NCBI GenBank assembly: GCA_002269645.1 | Contig: NIVC01000172.1 | Coordinates: 684,692 to 748,691 of the forward strand | Direction of reading: 5' to 3' | Length of the DNA: 64,000 bases | Source of the DNA: Macrostomum lignano | Lineage: Eukaryota | In this document: in pieces, positions 61,176 through 64,000 of the stretch | Position numbering within the stretch: position 1 is the stretch's first letter | Layout of the letters: each line of letters opens with the position of its first letter | The notes under the pieces: generated by a model | Told to the model about the DNA's origin: nothing | The model's database searches: none | What the model saw: the letters and a program-made list of their open reading frames with translations, nothing else | Program-made: the position numbers and the translations under genes

Positions 61176-63260
61176 TTATCGGTGCTTAGCCTGATGAGCC
61201 AGCTGCTGCTGCTTAACAATGGCCGAGGCGGACAACTGCGGATTCGAGCCAGGACTACCGGAGCAGCCAACTGTTGCTGCCAACAAACTCTGTTGATTAA
61301 GATGATGCTGATGCTGCATCAGAGAGTGATGATGATGCTGCCTCTGCTGCTGCTGGGGAAGCTGGGCCTGCATAGCGACCCGGTGCTGGGCCAGCCGAGC
61401 CGGCAGTGAGCGCCGATGCCGGACATCGGGCCAGGGTGCGCTGCGGGCCCAGCCCAACAGGCCAGGCCGCTACCAGCGCCGCCATCAGCTGTGGAGCAGC
61501 CTGCCGCAGAAGTCGCAGCCGAGGCAGCCGACCGCCGCGCGTCGAATCAGCAGAAGAGGCTGCGGCGCGCCGAGACAGCGAAACTGAGCGCAGCGACGGC
61601 CTCCGCAGGCTGCTGCTGGTCGGTGGGCAGCGGCACCGGAGGGGCGCGCGGCTGGGGAATTCCAAGAAATCCTCGTCAGACGAGTACGCCTCCGGATTAG
61701 CCGGTGGAGGCGGCGATGAGGAGGAGGAAGCGGCGACGAGCACAGGGCGGTGGCAGTGGGGATGAGCACAACTGGCTGCTGCCGGAAGAACATCTGCAGC
61801 GCGGCTGAGTTTGCTGGTGCTGGTGGTTCAGCAGCTGCGGCGAGCTGCTCACTGCTGCAGCGGGCCCGCGGCTGCCGACACCGGCGCGCCGCGGTGGAGC
61901 CACGCGGGCGCTCTCCGGATTTGAGGCTCCGGCTGGCCTGCAGCAGGGCATCGAACGGGCGGGTCCTGCCGGGCACTGCGCGCGCGTCTCGCAGGCTGTG
62001 CTTCTTGCAGGTCAGGGAGCGGACGCAGCGCTGGCCGAGTCGTGACTACGCCGCAGTGATTGTCCGGGTCAAAGGGCGCGGTCTCGGAGCGGCAGGATGC
62101 GCGTTTTGGTGCCGCCGCTTTGCCGCTGTTGCTGCTGGTGTGGCTGGGCTGATGCATCAGCGGCTGGCTTGAGGCCACGCCGCCAAGAGGCGACATCGCC
62201 ACGGCGGTGTGGGTGTCGCCGCACCGCCTTGCTGACCGTGGCGATGCTGCTGATAGCCAGACGAAGCCAACTCACCAGCGCAGCGGCGCCAGCAGCAACG
62301 GCCGATGCGGATTCGTCCTCTTCGCGGATTCGAACCACCGGAACCGCATCCTCTTCCGGTTCGAGCGATACGCTGACGGGAGCCTCCTCGAGCAGGCCAG
62401 GCAGCCGCGGGGTCTACGAGAGAGCGGAGGGCGATTCTTTAAACTGGCTGTGGGCGATTCTTAAACTGGCTGCAGGGCGATTCTTTAAACTGGCTGCAGG
62501 GCGATTCTTTAAACTGGCTGCAGGCGATTCTTTAAACTGGCTGCAGGGCGATTCTTTAAACTGGGCTGTAGGGCGATTCTTTTAAACTGGGCTGCAGGGC
62601 GATTCTTTCAAACTTTAATTTAAGAGATTATCAGAGCCAGTTAAGGACCAGGTGAGTTATATGAGAATCAGGAGACAACTCAGCTACACAACAGCCAGCT
62701 CAATACACAGGACAGGTAAGACAGAAAGCAACCTGGGAGTCCTCCGCAGCCATCGGGCTGGCCCAGATTCCTCCGCTGCTGCTGCCGCGCCCGTTGCCAA
62801 CCTCAGCATCTTCATCATCGTCCGCCGCCTCCTCGTCATCCTCGGCCACCTCCGCGTCTTCCTGCTCGTCATCTTCATCTTCGACTGCGTTGTCGCCGAC
62901 GCCACGGAAGTTGGCGCTGTGGTGCCGCCCTGCAGAGCGGAGGCCGAGTGGCCAGCGGCGGCGCGCCAGCCTGCTAGGAGTCGATGGCGGACTCGTCAGC
63001 ATCAGCGGCGAAGTTGACAGCAGCGCCGCTGGTCAGCGTGGGCGAATCTGCCATCATGGCAGCTGCGCCGCCGCCGCGGCTGCGCAGCAGTGGCGTCGCG
63101 TTCCCGCGGACTTTCCTTCGGCCTTTGCTGTGCGCGCTGTCCAGGTGCCTGACAGGTGATGAGGCTGGGAATCTCAGCGAGCATAGGCGACAATCGTGCA
63201 CACAAAATCTCTGCTCAACGGAGTCGGCTGAGCAGCGGCATCAGGTCGACTGGAGCTAGC
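61176..63260 (-). pseudogene. ATXN7: Ataxin-7/Sgf73-like gene with apparent frameshifts
   Basis: N-terminal C2H2 finger (CRLC...RHLDSAH, ~63190-63130). SCA7 domain split across two frames: FDPDNHCGVV / GQRCVRSLTCKKHSLRDARAVPGRTRPFDALL (~62076-61936). Q/H-rich tail. Confidence 0.7.
62428..62612. repeat. 24-bp intronic repeat GGGCGATTCTTTAAACTGGCTGCA
   Basis: Direct reading, ~7 copies. Confidence 0.9.
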
Positions 63261-64000
63261 GCGGCACGTCTGGACTGCTGTCGGCTCCGGGTTGGATGGC
63301 ATCGAAGCTGGCCACTGCGCTGGCTTGGCCGATGGCCGACACCCTCGCCCTGGAGCCAGCTGCTCCAGTCTGCCATGCTGCTTCGGCCTCTTGTAGTGGA
63401 TTGTTGCTATGCACTTTGGCTTTGAATGCTGGTGCAACTGCAAGTCTGCGATGGACTGCTAGGTTTCAGTGTGCACTGCGGCTGATTTCATTTGGGGCCA
63501 ACTAATAGCAGTAAAAGGGCAATAAATTTTTTTAATTGGATAGGAAATCACTTTGAATTATATTATTACAATGAATGTATTGTATTGCTGAATGTATTAA
63601 ATATGTATATACTTATATGTAGACTAATACTAAATAATGAATGATACAATTGATATGAAATATATGATATATTTAATCATACATGTTGTGATATTACATC
63701 CACCCAATCCATTTGGCCAACATGGATCACTGAAGAAGGAGAAATGCAATTAGAAAAGGAAAAAAAATAAAATAAAAAAGTTACAATTAGAACAACAAAG
63801 CTTTATTTTTGTTAAAACTATAAGCTTGATATTTCACAATTAATGTTAATTTAAAAGCTATATAAGTATATATTTGCTATACAAAAATAAAAAGAATAAT
63901 TTATTAGCTAAATAGGCCCTAACAGATATAGATAATTTTAAAGAATTCAAATAGTCCACTTTTGATATTTAGAACCTTACTACTTAAAATGCTTTAAGAT

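Overview
Repeat-rich animal (invertebrate) genomic DNA: AT-rich spacers, GC-rich coding exons, spliceosomal introns, no prokaryotic operons. The composition is reminiscent of a flatworm such as Macrostomum, but this is unverified. Host genes: intact alpha-tubulin (34157-35592 +); a 14-exon alpha-N-acetylglucosaminidase (NAGLU, 36020-52790 -) that is disrupted; a VWDE-like EGF/D8C protein (-); a GT32 glycosyltransferase (+); a Gly-rich CCHC zinc-knuckle protein (+); and a frameshifted ataxin-7-like gene (-). Mobile DNA: a Polinton/adintovirus-like relic (PLA2, rve integrase, adenovirus-pX-like peptide); a decayed RT-RNaseH LINE; a Helitron with an uninterrupted Rep-helicase ORF; an Ngaro/DIRS-type retroelement with split direct repeats, no recognisable intact tyrosine recombinase and a candidate -1 frameshift site; a young full-length Gypsy LTR element inserted into a NAGLU coding exon; several hAT/P-type non-autonomous elements; two tRNA-derived SINEs; and many minisatellites. 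The most unusual signal is a ~1.1 kb non-coding region just 3' of the Helitron Rep-helicase gene (20414-21445). It holds four diverged modules whose base-paired stems are preserved by compensatory changes, and the first and last arms close the array into a four-fold pseudo-symmetric multi-branch structure.
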